Assembly (NCBI GenBank): GCA_964016885.1
Contig: OZ024741.1
Coordinates: 7,440,001-7,504,000 of the forward strand
Direction: 5' to 3'
Length of the DNA: 64,000 nucleotides
From: Eledone cirrhosa
Lineage: Eukaryota
A model generated the notes under the pieces. That model was not told the DNA's origin, searched no databases, and saw nothing but the letters and a program-made list of their open reading frames with translations. A program made the position numbers and the translations under genes. This document shows, in pieces, positions 26,660 through 40,900 of this stretch. Position 1 is the stretch's first letter. Each line of letters starts with the position of its first letter.

Positions 26660-29600
26660 CATTTAAGGATGGTCGGGACATTGCTTCCCACCCGACTCAA
26701 TTTAAGGATGGTCGGGGACACTGCTTCCCGCTCGACTCCATTTAAGGATGGTCGGGGACACTGCTTCCCACCCGACTCCATTTAAGGATGGTCGGGGGCT
26801 CTGCTTTCCACCCGACTCCATTTAAGGATGGTCAGGGACACTGCTTCTCTCCCGACTCCATTTAAGGATGGTCGGGGACTCTGCTTTCCACCCGACTCCA
26901 TTTAAGGATGGTCAGGGACTCTGCTTTCCACCTGACTCCATTTAAGAATGGTCTGGGACACTGCTTCCCACCCGACTCCATTTAAGGATGGTCGGGGACA
27001 CTGCTTCCCACCCGACTCCATTTAAGGATGGTCGGGGACATTGCTTCCCACCCGACTCCATTTAAGGATGGTCGGGGTCACTGCTTCCCACACGACTCCA
27101 TTTAAGAATGGTCGGGGACACTGCTTCTCACCCGACTCCATTTAAGGATGGTCGGGGACATGGCTTCCCACCCGACTCAAATTAAGGATGGTCGGGGACA
27201 CTGCTTCCCGCTCGACTCCATTTAAGGATGGTCGGGGACACTGCTTCCCACCCGACTCCATTTAAGGATGGTCGAGGACATCGCTTCCCTCCCGACTCCA
27301 TTTAAGGATGGTCGGGGGCTCTGCTTTCCACCCGACTCCATTTAAGGAAGGTCAGGGACACTGCTTCCCACCCGATTCCATTTAAGGACGGTCGGGGACA
27401 CTGCTTCCCACCCGACTCTATTTAAGCATGATCGCGGACACTGCTTCCCACCCGACTCCATTTAAGAATGGTCGGGGACACTGCTTCCCACCCGACTCAA
27501 TTTAAGGATGGTCGGAGGCACTGCTTCCCGCTCGACTCCATTTAAGGATGGTCGGGGACACTGCTTCCCGCCCTACTTCATCTAAGGATGCTCGGGGTCA
27601 ATGCTTCCCACCCGACTCCATTTAAGGATGGTCGAGGACATCGCTTCCCTCCCGACTCCATTTAAAGATGGTCGGGGACTCTGCTTTCCACCCGACTCCA
27701 TTTAAGGATGTTCGGGTACACTGCTTCCCACCGACTCCATTTAAGGATGGTCGGGGACACTGCTTCCCACTCGACTCTATTTAAGGATGGTCGTGGACAT
27801 TCCTTCCCACTCGACTCCATTTAAGAATGATCGGGGACACTGCTTCCCACCCAACTCCATTTAATGATGTTCGGGGACACTGCTTCACGCTCGACTCCAT
27901 TTAAGGATGGTCGGGGACACTGCTTCGCAGCCGACTCCATTTAAGGATGGTCGGGGACACTTATTCCCACCCGACTCAATTTAAGGATGGTCGAGGACAT
28001 CGCTTCCCTTCCGACTCCATTTAAGCATGGTCGGGGATTCTCCTTTTCACCCGACTCCATTTAAGGAAGGTCGGGGGCTCTGCTTTCCACCCGACTTCAT
28101 TTAAGGATGGTCAGGGACACTGCATCTCTCCCGACTCCATTTAAGGATGGTCGGGGATTCTGCTTTCCACCCGACTCCATTTAAGGATGGTCGGGGACAC
28201 TGCTTCCCACCCGACTCCATTTAAGGATGGTCGGGGACATTGCTTCCCACCAGACTCCATTTAAGAATGGTTGTGGACATTTCTTCCCACCCGACTCCAT
28301 TTAAGGATGGTCGGGGACACTGCTTCCCACCCGACTCAATTTAAGGATGGTCGGGACATTGCTTCCCACCCGACTCAATTTAAGGATGGTCGGGGACACT
28401 GCTTCCCGCTCGACTCCATTTAAGGATGGTCGGGGACACTGCTTCCCACCCGACTCCATTTAAGGATGGTCGGGGGCTCTGCTTTCCACCCGACTCCATT
28501 TAAGGATGGTCAGGGACACTGCTTCTCTCCCGACTCCATTTAAGGATGGTCGGGGACTCTGCTTTCCACCCGACTCCATTTAAGGATGGTCAGGGACTCT
28601 GCTTTCCACCTGACTCCATTTAAGAATGGTCTGGGACACTGCTTCCCACCCGACTCCATTTAAGGATGGTCGGGGACACTGCTTCCCACCCGACTCCATT
28701 TAAGGATGGTCGGGGACATTGCTTCCCACCCGACTCCATTTAAGGATGGTCGGGGTCACTGCTTCCCACACGACTCCATTTAAGAATGGTCGGGGACACT
28801 GCTTCTCACCCGACTCCATTTAAGGATGGTCGGGGACATGGCTTCCCACCCGACTCAAATTAAGGATGGTCGGGGACACTGCTTCCCGCTCGACTCCATT
28901 TAAGGATGGTCGGGGACACTGCTTCCCACCCGACTCCATTTAAGGATGGTCGAGGACATCGCTTCCCTCCCGACTCCATTTAAGGATGGTCGGGGGCTCT
29001 GCTTTCCACCCGACTCCATTTAAGGAAGGTCAGGGACACTGCTTCCCACCCGATTCCATTTAAGGACGGTCGGGGACACTGCTTCCCACCCGACTCTATT
29101 TAAGCATGATCGCGGACACTGCTTCCCACCCGACTCCATTTAAGAATGGTCGGGGACACTGCTTCCCACCCGACTCAATTTAAGGATGGTCGGAGGCACT
29201 GCTTCCCGCTCGACTCCATTTAAGGATGGTCGGGGACACTGCTTCCCGCCCTACTTCATCTAAGGATGCTCGGGGTCAATGCTTCCCACCCGACTCCATT
29301 TAAGGATGGTCGAGGACATCGCTTCCCTCCCGACTCCATTTAAAGATGGTCGGGGACTCTGCTTTCCACCCGACTCCATTTAAGGATGTTCGGGTACACT
29401 GCTTCCCACCGACTCCATTTAAGGATGGTCGGGGACACTGCTTCCCACTCGACTCTATTTAAGGATGGTCGTGGACATTCCTTCCCACTCGACTCCATTT
29501 AAGAATGATCGGGGACACTGCTTCCCACCCAACTCCATTTAATGATGTTCGGGGACACTGCTTCACGCTCGACTCCATTTAAGGATGGTCGGGGACACTG

Positions 29601-30020
29601 CTTCGCAGCCGACTCCATTTAAGGATGGTCGGGGACACTTATTCCCACCCGACTCAATTTAAGGATGGTCGAGGACATCGCTTCCCTTCCGACTCCATTT
29701 AAGCATGGTCGGGGATTCTCCTTTTCACCCGACTCCATTTAAGGAAGGTCGGGGGCTCTGCTTTCCACCCGACTTCATTTAAGGATGGTCAGGGACACTG
29801 CATCTCTCCCGACTCCATTTAAGGATGGTCGGGGATTCTGCTTTCCACCCGACTCCATTTAAGGATGGTCGGGGACACTGCTTCCCACCCGACTCCATTT
29901 AAGGATGGTCGGGGACATTGCTTCCCACCAGACTCCATTTAAGAATGGTTGTGGACATTTCTTCCCACCCGACTCCATTTAAGGATGGTCGGGGACACTG
30001 CTTCCCACCCGACTCAATTT
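26660..30020. repeat. Near-perfect tandem duplication of a 1678-bp (42-monomer) unit
   Basis: The 39-bp monomer ggtcgggaca occurs at 26671/28349 and ctacttcatctaagg at 27573/29251. ctcaaattaagg and ttctccttttc are also shared at the same offset. Confidence 0.9.
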
Positions 30021-33000
30021 AAGGATGGTCGGGGACACTGCTTCCCACCCGACTCCATTTAAGGATGGTCGGGGACACTGCTTCCCACCCGACTCAATTT
30101 AGGGATGGTCGGAGACACTGCTTCCCGCTCGACTCCATTTAAGGATGGTCGAGGTCATCGCTTCCCTCCCGACTCCATTTAAAGATGGTCGGGGACTCTG
30201 CTTTCCACCCGACTCCATTTAAGGACGTTCGGGTACACTGCTTCCCACCCAACTCCATTTAAGGATGGTCGGGGACACTGCTTCACACCCGACTCCACTT
30301 AAAGATGGTAGGGGACATTGCTTCCCACCCGACTACATTTAAGGATGGTCGGGGACATTCCTTTCCACCCGACTCTATTTAAGGATGTTCGCGGACACTG
30401 CTTACCACCCGACACCATTTAAAGATGCTCGGAGACACTGCTTCCCACCAGCCTCCATTTAAGTATGGTCGGGGATTCTGCTTTCCACCCGACTCCATTT
30501 AAGGATGGTCGGGTTCACTGCTTTCCACCCGACTCCATTTAAGTATTTTCGGGGACAGTGCTTCCTACCCGACTCCATTTAAGAATGCTCTGGGACATTG
30601 CTACACACCCGACTCCATTTAAGGATGGTCGGGGACACTGCTTCCCACCCGACTCCATTTAAGGATGGTCGGGGACATTGCTTCCCACCCGACTCCATTT
30701 AAGGATGGTCATGACATTGCTTCCCACCCGACTTCATTTAAGGATGGTCGGGGACACTGCTTCCCACCTACTCAATTTAAGGATTGTCGGGGACACTGCT
30801 TCCCGCTCGACTCCATTTAAGGATGGTCGGGGACACTGCTTCCCACCCGACTCCATTTAAGGATGGTCGAGGACATCGCTTCCCTCCCGACTCCATTTAA
30901 GGATGGTCGGGGGCTCTGCTTTCCACCCGACTCCATTTAAGGATGGTCAGGGACACTGCTTCTCTCCCGACTCCATTTAAGGATGGTCGGGGACTCTGCT
31001 TTCCACCCGACTCCATTTAAGGATGGTCAGGGACTCTGCTTTCCACCTGACTCCATTTAAGAATGGTCTGGGACACTGCTTCCCACCCGACTCCATTTAA
31101 GGATGGTCGGGGACACTGCCTCCCACCCGACTTCATTTAAGGATGGTCGTGGACATTGCTTCCCACTCGACTCCATTTAAGGATGGTCGGGGACATTGCT
31201 TCCCACCCGACTCCATTTAAGGATGGTCGGGGTCACTGCTTCCCACACGACTCCATTTAAGAATGGTCGGGGACACTGCTTCTCACCCGACTCCATTTAA
31301 GGATGGTCGGGGACATGGCTTCCCACCCGACTCAAATTAAGGATGGTCGGGGACACTGCTTCCCGCTCGACTCCATTTAAGGATGGTCGGGGACACTGCT
31401 TCCCACCCGACTGCATTTAAGGATGGTCGAGGACATCGCTTCCCTCCCGACTCCATTTAAGGATGGTCGGGGGCTCTGCTTTCCACCCGACTCCATTTAA
31501 GGAAGGTCAGGGACACTGCTTCGCACCCGATTCCATTTAAGGACGGTCGGGGACACTGCTTCCCAACCGACTCCATTTAAGGATGGTCGGGGACACTGCT
31601 TCCCACCCGACTCCATTTAAGGATGGTCGGGGACACAGCTTCCCACCCGACTCCATTTAAGAATGGTCGGGGACACTGCTTCCCACCCGACTCAATTTAA
31701 GGATGGTCGGGGACACTGCTTCCCACACGACTCCATTTAAGAATGGTCGGGGAGACTGCTTCCCACCCGACTCCATTTAAGGATCGTCGGGGACACTGCT
31801 TCCCACCCGACACAATTTAAGGATGGTCGAGGACAATGCTTCCCTCTCGACTCCATCTAAGGATGGTCGGGGACACTGCTTCCCGCCCGACTCCATTTAA
31901 GGATGCTCGGGGACACTGCTTCCCACCCGACTCCATTTAAGGATGGTCGAGGACATCGCTTCCCTCCCGACTCCATTTAAAGATGGTCGTGGACTCTGCT
32001 TTCCACCCGACTCCATTTAAGGATGGTCGGGGGCTCTGCTTTCCACCCGACTCCATTTAAGGATGGTCAGGGACACTGCTTCTCTCCCGACTCCATTTAA
32101 GGATGGTCGGGGACTCTGCTTTCCACCCGACTCCATGTAATGATGGTTGGGGACACTGATTTCCACCCGACTCCGTTTAAGGGTGCTCGGGGACACTGAT
32201 TCCCACCAGACTCCATTTAAGGATGTTCGGGTTCACTGCTTTCCACCCGACTCCATTTAAGTATGGTCGGGGACAGTGCTTCCCACCCGACTCCTTTTAA
32301 AGATGGTCGGGGACACTGCTTCCCACCCGACTCCATTTAAGGATGGTGGGCGACATTGCTTCCCACGCGACTTCATTTAAGGATGGCTGGGGACACTGCT
32401 TCCCACCCGACTCCATTTAAGGATGGTCGGGGACATTGCTTCCCTCCCGACTCCATTTAAGGATGGTCGTGGACATGGCTTCCCACCCGACTCCACTTAA
32501 GGATGGTCGGGGACATGGCTTCCCACCCGACTCCATTTAAGGATGGTCGGGGACACTGCTTCCCACCAGACTCCATTTAAGGATGGTCGGGGACATTGCT
32601 TCCCACCCGACTTCATTTAAGGATGGTCGGGGACACTGCTTCCCACCCGACTCCATTTAAGGATGGTCGGGGACATTGCTTCCCACCAGACTCAATTTAA
32701 GGATGGTTGTGGACATTTCTTCCCACCCGACTTCATTTAAGGATGGTCGGGGACATTGCTTCCAACCCGACTCCATTTAAGGATGGTCGGAGGCACTGCT
32801 TCCCACCCGACTCCATTTAAGGATGGTCGGGGACATTGCTTCCCACCAGACTCCATTTAAGGATGGTTGTGGACATTTCTTCCCACCCGACTCTATTTAA
32901 GGATGGTCGGGGACACTGCTTCCCACCCGACTCAATTTAAGGATGGTCGGGGACACTGCTTCCCACCCGACTCCATTTAAGGATGGTCGGGGACATTCCT

Positions 33001-34084
33001 TCCCACCCGCCTCTATTTAAGCATGGTCGCGGACACTGCTTCCCACCCGACTCCATTTAAGAATGGTCGGGGACACTGCTTCCCACCCGACTCAATTTAA
33101 GGATGGTCGGAGGCACTGCTTCACGCTCGACTCCATTTAAGGATGGTCGGGGACACTGCTTCCCGCCCGACTCCATTTAAGGATGCTCGGGGACACTGCT
33201 TCCCACCCGACTCCATTTAAGGATGGTCGAGGACATCGCTTCCCTCCCGACTCCATTTAAATATGGCCGGGGACTCTGCTTTCCACCCGACTCCATTTAA
33301 GTATGGTCGGGTACACTGCTTCCCACCCGACTCCATTTAAGGATGGTCGGGGACACTGCTTCCCACCCGACTCCATTTAAAGATGGTAGGGGACTCTGCT
33401 TTCCACCCGACTCCATTTAAGGATGGTCGTGGACATTCCTTTCCACCCGACTCTATTTAAGGATGATCGCGGACACTGCTTCCCACCCGACACCATTTAA
33501 AGATGCTCGGGGACACTGCTTCCCACCAGCCTCCATTTAAGGATGGTCGGGGATTCTGCTTTCCACCCGACTCCATTCAAGGATGGTCGGGTTCACTGCT
33601 TTCCACCCGACTCCATTTAAGTATGTTCGGGGACAGTGCTTCCTACCCGACTCCATTTAAGATTGCTCTGGGACGTTGCTGCGCACCCGACTCCATTTAA
33701 GGATGGTCGGGGACACTGCTTCCCACCAGACTCCATTAAAGGATGGTCGGGGACTCTGCTTTCCACCCGACGCCATTTAAGGACGGTCGGGGATTCTTGT
33801 TTCCCCTCGACTCCATTTAAGAATGGTTTGGTTCACTGCTTTCCACCCGACTCCATTCAAGGATGGTCGGGTTCACTGCTTTCCACCCGACTCCATTTAA
33901 GTATGTTCGGGGACAGTGCTTCCTACCCGACTCCATTTAAGATTGCTCTGGGACGTTGCTGCGCACCCGACTCCATTTAAGGATGGTCTGGGACACTGCT
34001 GCACACCCGACTCCATTTAAGGATGGTCGGGGACTCTGCTTCCCACCCGACTCCATTTAAGGATGGTCGGGGACACTGCTGCAC

Positions 34085-37000
34085 ACCCGACTCCATTTAT
34101 GGATGGTCGGGGACATTGCATCCCACCCGACTTCATTTAAGGATGATCCGGGACATTGCTTCCCACCCGACACCATTTAAGGATGGTCGGTGACATTGCT
34201 TCCCACCCGACTCCATTTGAGGATGGTTGGGGACATTGCTTCCCACCCGACTCCATTTAAGTATGGTCGGGGACACTGCTTCCCATCCGTCTCCATTTAA
34301 GGATGGGCCGGGACACTGCTTCCCACCCGACTCCATTTAAGGATGGTCGGGGACACTGTTTCCCACCCGACTCCATTTAAGGATGGTCGGGGCCATTGCT
34401 TCCCTCCCGACTCCATTTAAGGATGGTCGGGGACACTGCTGCACACCCGACTCCATTTAAGCATGGTCGGGGACATTGCTTCCCACCCGACTCCATTTAA
34501 GGATGGTCGGGGACACTGCTTCCCACCCGACTCAATTTAAGGATGGTCGGGAACATTGCTTCCCACTCGACTCCATTTGACGATGGTTGGGGACATTGCT
34601 TCCCACCCGACTCCATTTAAGGATGGTCGGGGACACTGCTTCCCACCCGACTCCATTTAAGCATGGTCGGGGAGATTGCTTCCCACCCGACTCCATTTAA
34701 GGATGGTCGGGGACATTGCTTCCCACCCGACTACATTTAAGGATGGTCGGGGACTCTGCTTTCCTCGCGACTCCATTTAAGGATGGTCGTGGACATTCCT
34801 TCCCACCCGACTCCATTTAAGGATGGTCGTGGACATTCCTTCCCACCCGACTCCATTTAAGGATGGTCGTGGACATTCCTTCCCACCCGACTCCATTTAA
34901 GTATTGTCGGGGACACTGCTTCCCATCCGACTCCATTTAAGGATGGTCTGGGACACTGCTGCACACCCGACTCCATTTAAGTATGGTCTGGGACACTGCT
35001 GCACACCCGATTCCATTTAAGGATGTTCGGGGACATTGTTTCCCACCGGACTCCATTTAAGAATGGTCGGGGACATTGTTTCCCACCCGACTCCATATAA
35101 GGATGTTCGGTGACACTGCTTCCCACCCGACTCCATTTTAGGATGGTCGGGTACGTTGCTTCCCACCCGACTCCATTTAAGGATGGTCGGGGACATTGCT
35201 TCTCACCCGACTCCATTTAAGGATGGTCGGGTACATTGATTCCCACCCGACTCCATTTAAGTATGGTCGGGGACACTGCTTCCCACCGATTCTATTTAAG
35301 CATGGTCGGGGGCACTGTTTTCCGCCGGACTCTATTTAAGGATGGTCGAGGACACTGCTTCACACCCGACTCCATTTAAGGATGGTCGGGGACTCTGCTT
35401 CCCACCCGACTACATTTAAGCCTGGTCGGGGACATTGCTTCCCACCCGACTACATTTAAGGATGGTCGGGGACATTGCTTCCTACCCGACTCCATTTAAG
35501 GATGGTCGGGGTCATTTCTCCCCACCCGACTCACTTTAAGGATGGTCGGGGACACTGCTTCCCACCCGACTACATTTAAGCATGGTCGGGGACACTGCTT
35601 CCCACCCGACTCCATTTAAGGATGGTCGGGGCCACTGCTTCCCACCGATTCTATTTAAGGATGGTCGGGGACATTGCTTCCCACCCGACTCCATTTAAGA
35701 ATGGTCGGGGACATTGCTTCCCACCCGACTCCATTTAAGGATGGGCCGGGACACTACTTCCCATCCGACTCCATTTACGGATGGTTGGGGATATTGCTTC
35801 CAACCCGACTCCATTTAAGGATGGTCGGGGCCATTGCTTCCCTCCCGACTCCATTTAAGGATGGTCAGGGACACTGCTGCACACCCGACTACATTTAAGC
35901 ATGGTCGGGGACATTGCTTCCCACCCGACTCCATTTAAGGATGGTCGGGGACATTGCTTCCCACCCGACTATATTTAAGGATGGTCGGGGACTCTGCTTT
36001 CCTCCCGACTCCATTTAAGCATGGTCGGGGACATTGCTTCCAACCCGACTCCATTTATGGATGGTCGGGGACATTGCATCCCACCCGACTTCATTTAAGG
36101 ATGATCCGGGACATTGCTTCCCACCCGACACCATTTAAGGATGGTCGGTGACATTGCTTCCCACCCGACTCCATTTGAGGATGGTTGGGGACATTGCTTC
36201 CCACCCGACTCCATTTAAGTATGGTCGGGGACACTGCTTCCCATCCGTCTCCATTTAAGGATGGGCCGGGACACTGCTTCCCACCCGACTCCATTTAAGG
36301 ATGGTCGGGGACACTGTTTCCCACCCGACTCCATTTAAGCATGGTCGGGGCCATTGCTTCCCTCCCGACTCCATTTAAGGATGGTCGGGGACACTGCTGC
36401 ACACCCGACTACATTTAAGCATGGTCGGGGACATTGCTTCCCACCCGACTCCATTTAAGGATGGTCGGGGACACTGCTTCCCACCCGACTCAATTTAAGG
36501 ATGGTCGGGAACATTGCTTCCCACTCGACTCCATTTGACGATGGTTGGGGACATTGCTTCCCACCCGACTCCATTTAAGGATGGTCGGGGACACTGCTTC
36601 CCACCCGACTCCATTTAAGCATGGTCGGGGAGATTGCTTCCCACCCGACTCCATTTAAGGATGGTCGGGGACATTGCTTCCCACCCGACTACATTTAAGG
36701 ATGGTCGGGGACTCTGCTTTCCTCGCGACTCCATTTAAGGATGGTCGTGGACATTCCTTCCCACCCGACTCCATTAAAGGATGGTCGTGGACATTCCTTC
36801 CCACCCGACTCCATTTAAGGATGGTCGTGGACATTCCTTCCCACCCGACTCCATTTAAGTATTGTCGGGGACACTGCTTCCCATCCGACTCCATTTAAGT
36901 ATGGTCTGGGACACTGCTGCACACCCGATTCCATTTAAGGATGTTCGGGGACATTGTTTCCCACCGGACTCCATTTAAGGATGTTCGGTGACACTGCTTC

Positions 37001-37960
37001 CCACCCGACTCCATTTTAGGATGGTCGGGTACGTTGCTTCCCACCCGACTCCATTTAAGGATGGTCGGGGACATTGCTTCTCACCCGACTCCATTTAAGG
37101 ATGGTCGGGTACATTGATTCCCACCCGACTCCATTTAAGTATGGTCGGGGACACTGCTTCCCACCGATTCTATTTAAGCATGGTCGGGGGCACTGTTTTC
37201 CGCCGGACTCTATTTAAGGATGGTCGAGGACACTGCTTCACACCCGACTCCATTTAAGGATGGTCGGGGACATTGCTTCCCACCCGACTACATTTAAGCA
37301 TGGTCGGGGACATTGCTTCCCACCCGACTACATTTAAGGATGGTCGGGGACATTGCTTCCTACCCGACTCCATTTAAGGATGGTCGGGGACATTTCTCCC
37401 CACCCGACTCACTTTAAGGATGGTCGGGGACACTGCTTCCCACCCGACTACATTTAAGCATGGTCGGGGACACTGCTTCCCACCCGACTCCATTTAAGGA
37501 TGGTCCGGGACATTGCTTCCCACACGACTCCATTTAAGGATGGTCGGGGCCACTGCTTCCCACCGATTCTATTTAAGGATGGTCGGGGACATTGCTTCCC
37601 ACCCGACTCCATTTAAGAATGGTCGGGGACATTGCTTCCCACCCGACTCCATTTAAGGATGGGCCGGGACACTACTTCCCATCCGACTCCATTTACGGAT
37701 GGTTGGGGATATTGCTTCCAACCCGACTCCATTTAAGGATGGTCGGGGCCATTGCTTCCCTCCCGACTCCATTTAAGGATGGTCGGGGACACTGCTGCAC
37801 ACCCGACTACATTTAAGCATGGTCGGGGACATTGCTTCCCACCCGACTCCATTTAAGGATGGTCGGGGACATTGCTTCCCACCCGACTATATTTAAGGAT
37901 GGTCGGGGACTCTGCTTTCCTCCCGACTCCATTTAAGCATGGTCGGGGACATTGCTTCCC
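34085..37960. repeat. Tandem duplication of an about 1.9-2.0-kb unit (offset 1958 early, 1918 late)
   Basis: ctccatttatgg at 34091/36049. ORF pairs 34133/36091 and 35674/37592. The copies differ by whole monomers and several substitutions. Confidence 0.88.
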
Positions 37961-40900
37961 ACCCGACTCCATTTAAGGATGGTCGGGGACACTGCTTCCC
38001 ACCCGACTCCATTTAAGCATGGTCGGGGACATTGCTTCCCACCCGACTACATTTAAGGATGGTCGGGGACTCTGCTTTCCTCCCGACTCCATTTAAGGAT
38101 GGTCGGGGACATTGCTTCCCACCCGACTCCATTTAAGGATGGTCGGGGACATTGCTTCCCACCCGACTCCATTTAATGAAAGTCGGGGTCTCTGCTTTTC
38201 ACCCGACTCCATTTAAGGATGGTCGGGGACTCTGCTTCCCACCCGACTCCATTTAAGTATTGTCGGGGACACTGCTTCCCATCCGACTCCATTTAAGGAT
38301 GGTCTGGGACACTGCTGCACACCCGACTCCATTTAAGGATGTTCGGGGACATTGCTTCCCACCGGACTCCATTTAAGAATGGTCGGGGACATTGTTTCCC
38401 ACCCGACTCATTTAAGGATGGTCGGTGACACTGCTTCCCACCCGACTCATTTAAGGATAGTCGGGGACATTGCTTTCCACCCGACTCCACTTAAGGATGT
38501 TCGGGGACATGGCTTCCCACCCGTCTCCATTTAAGGATGGTCGGGGACTCTGATTCCCACCCGACTCCATTTAAGCATGGTCGGGGACATTGCTTCCCAC
38601 CCGACTCCATTTAAGGATGGTCGGGGACTCTGCTTCCCACCCGTCTCCATTTAAGCATGGTCGGGGACATTGCTTCCCACCCGACTACATTTAAGGATGG
38701 TCGGGGACATTGCTTCCTACCCGACTCCATTTAAGGATGGTCGGGGACACTGCTTCCCACCCGACTACATTTAAGCATGGTCGGGGACATTGCTTCCCAC
38801 CCGACTACATTTAAGGATGGTCGGGGACATTGCTTCTCACCCGACTCCATTTAAGGATGGTCGTGGACACCGCTTCTCACCCGACTCCATTTAAGGATGG
38901 TTGGGGATATTGCTTCCAACCCGACTCCATTTAAGGATGGTCGGGGACATTGCTTCCCACCGACTCCATTTAAGGATGGTCGGGGACATTGCTTCCCACC
39001 CGACTCCATTTAATGAAAGTCGGGGTCTCTGCTTTTCACCCGACTCCATTTAAGTATTGTCGGGGACACTGCTTCCCATCCGACTCCATTTAAGGATGGT
39101 CTGGGACACTGCTGCACACCCGACCCCATTTAAGGATAGCTGGGGACACTGCTGCACACCCGACTCCATTTAAGGATGTTCGGGGACATTGCTTCCCACC
39201 GGACTCCATTTAAGAATGGTCGGGGACATTGTTTCCCACCCGACTCCATATAAGGATGGTCGGTGACACTGCTTCCCACCCGACTCCATTTAAGGATGGT
39301 CGGGTACGTTGCTTCCCACCCGACTCCATTTATGGATGGTCGGGGACATTGCTTCTCACCCGACTCCATTTAAGGATGGTCGGGTACATTGATTCCCACC
39401 CGACTCCATTTAAGTATGGTCGAGGACACTGCTTCACACCCGACTCCATTTAAGGATGGTCGGGGACACTGCTTCCCACCCGACCCCATTTAAGAATGGT
39501 CGTGGACACTGCTTACCAGCCGACTACATTTAAGAATGGTCGGGGACACTGCTTCCCACCCGACTACATTTAAGAATGGTCGGGGACACTGCTTCCTACC
39601 CGACTCCATTTAAGGATGGTCGGGGACATTTCTCCCCACCCGACTCCATTTAAGGATGGTCGGGGCCACTGCTTCCCAACGATTCTATTTAAGGATGGTC
39701 GTGGACATTGCTTCCCACCCGACTCCATTTTAGAATGGTCGGGGACATTGCTTCCCACCCGACTCCATTTGAGGATGGTCAGGGACACTGCTTCCCACTT
39801 GACACCATTTAAGGATGGTTGGGGACACTGTTTCCCACCCGACTCCATTTAAGGATGGTCGAGGACATCGCTTCCATCCCGACTCCATTAAAGGATGGTC
39901 GTGGACATTCCTTCCCACCCGACTCCATTTAAGGATGGTCGTGGACATTCCTTCCCACCCGACTCCATTTAAGTATTGTCGGGGACACTGCTTCCCATCC
40001 GACTCCATTTAAGGATGGTCTGGGACACTGCTGCACACCCGACTCCATTTAAGTATGGTCTGGGACACTGCTGCACACCCGATTCCATTTAAGGATGTTC
40101 GGGGACATTGTTTCCCACCGGACTCCATTTAAGGATGTTCGGTGACACTGCTTCCCACCCGACTCCATTTTAGGATGGTCGGGTACGTTGCTTCCCACCC
40201 GACTCCATTTAAGGATGGTCGGGGACATTGCTTCTCACCCGACTCCATTTAAGGATGGTCGGGTACATTGATTCCCACCCGACTCCATTTAAGTATGGTC
40301 GGGGACACTGCTTCCCACCGATTCTATTTAAGCATGGTCGGGGGCACTGTTTTCCGCCGGACTCTATTTAAGGATGGTCGAGGACACTGCTTCACACCCG
40401 ACTCCATTTAAGGATGGTCGGGGACTCTGCTTCCCACCCGACTACATTTAAGCATGGTCGGGGACATTGCTTCCCACCCGACTACATTTAAGGATGGTCG
40501 GGGACATTGCTTCCTACCCGACTCCATTTAAGGATGGTCGGGGACATTTCTCCCCACCCGACTCACTTTAAGGATGGTCGGGGACACTGCTTCCCACCCG
40601 ACTACATTTAAGCATGGTCGGGGACACTGCTTCCCACCCGACTCCATTTAAGGATGGTCCGGGACATTGCTTCCCACTCGACTCCATTTAAGGATGGTCG
40701 GGGCCACTGCTTCCCACCGATTCTATTTAAGGATGGTCGGGGACATTGCTTCCCACCCGACTCCATTTAAGAATGGTCGGGGACATTGCTTCCCACCCGA
40801 CTCCATTTAAGGATGGGCCGGGACACTACTTCCCATCCGACTCCATTTACGGATGGTTGGGGATATTGCTTCCAACCCGACTCCATTTAAGGATGGTCGG

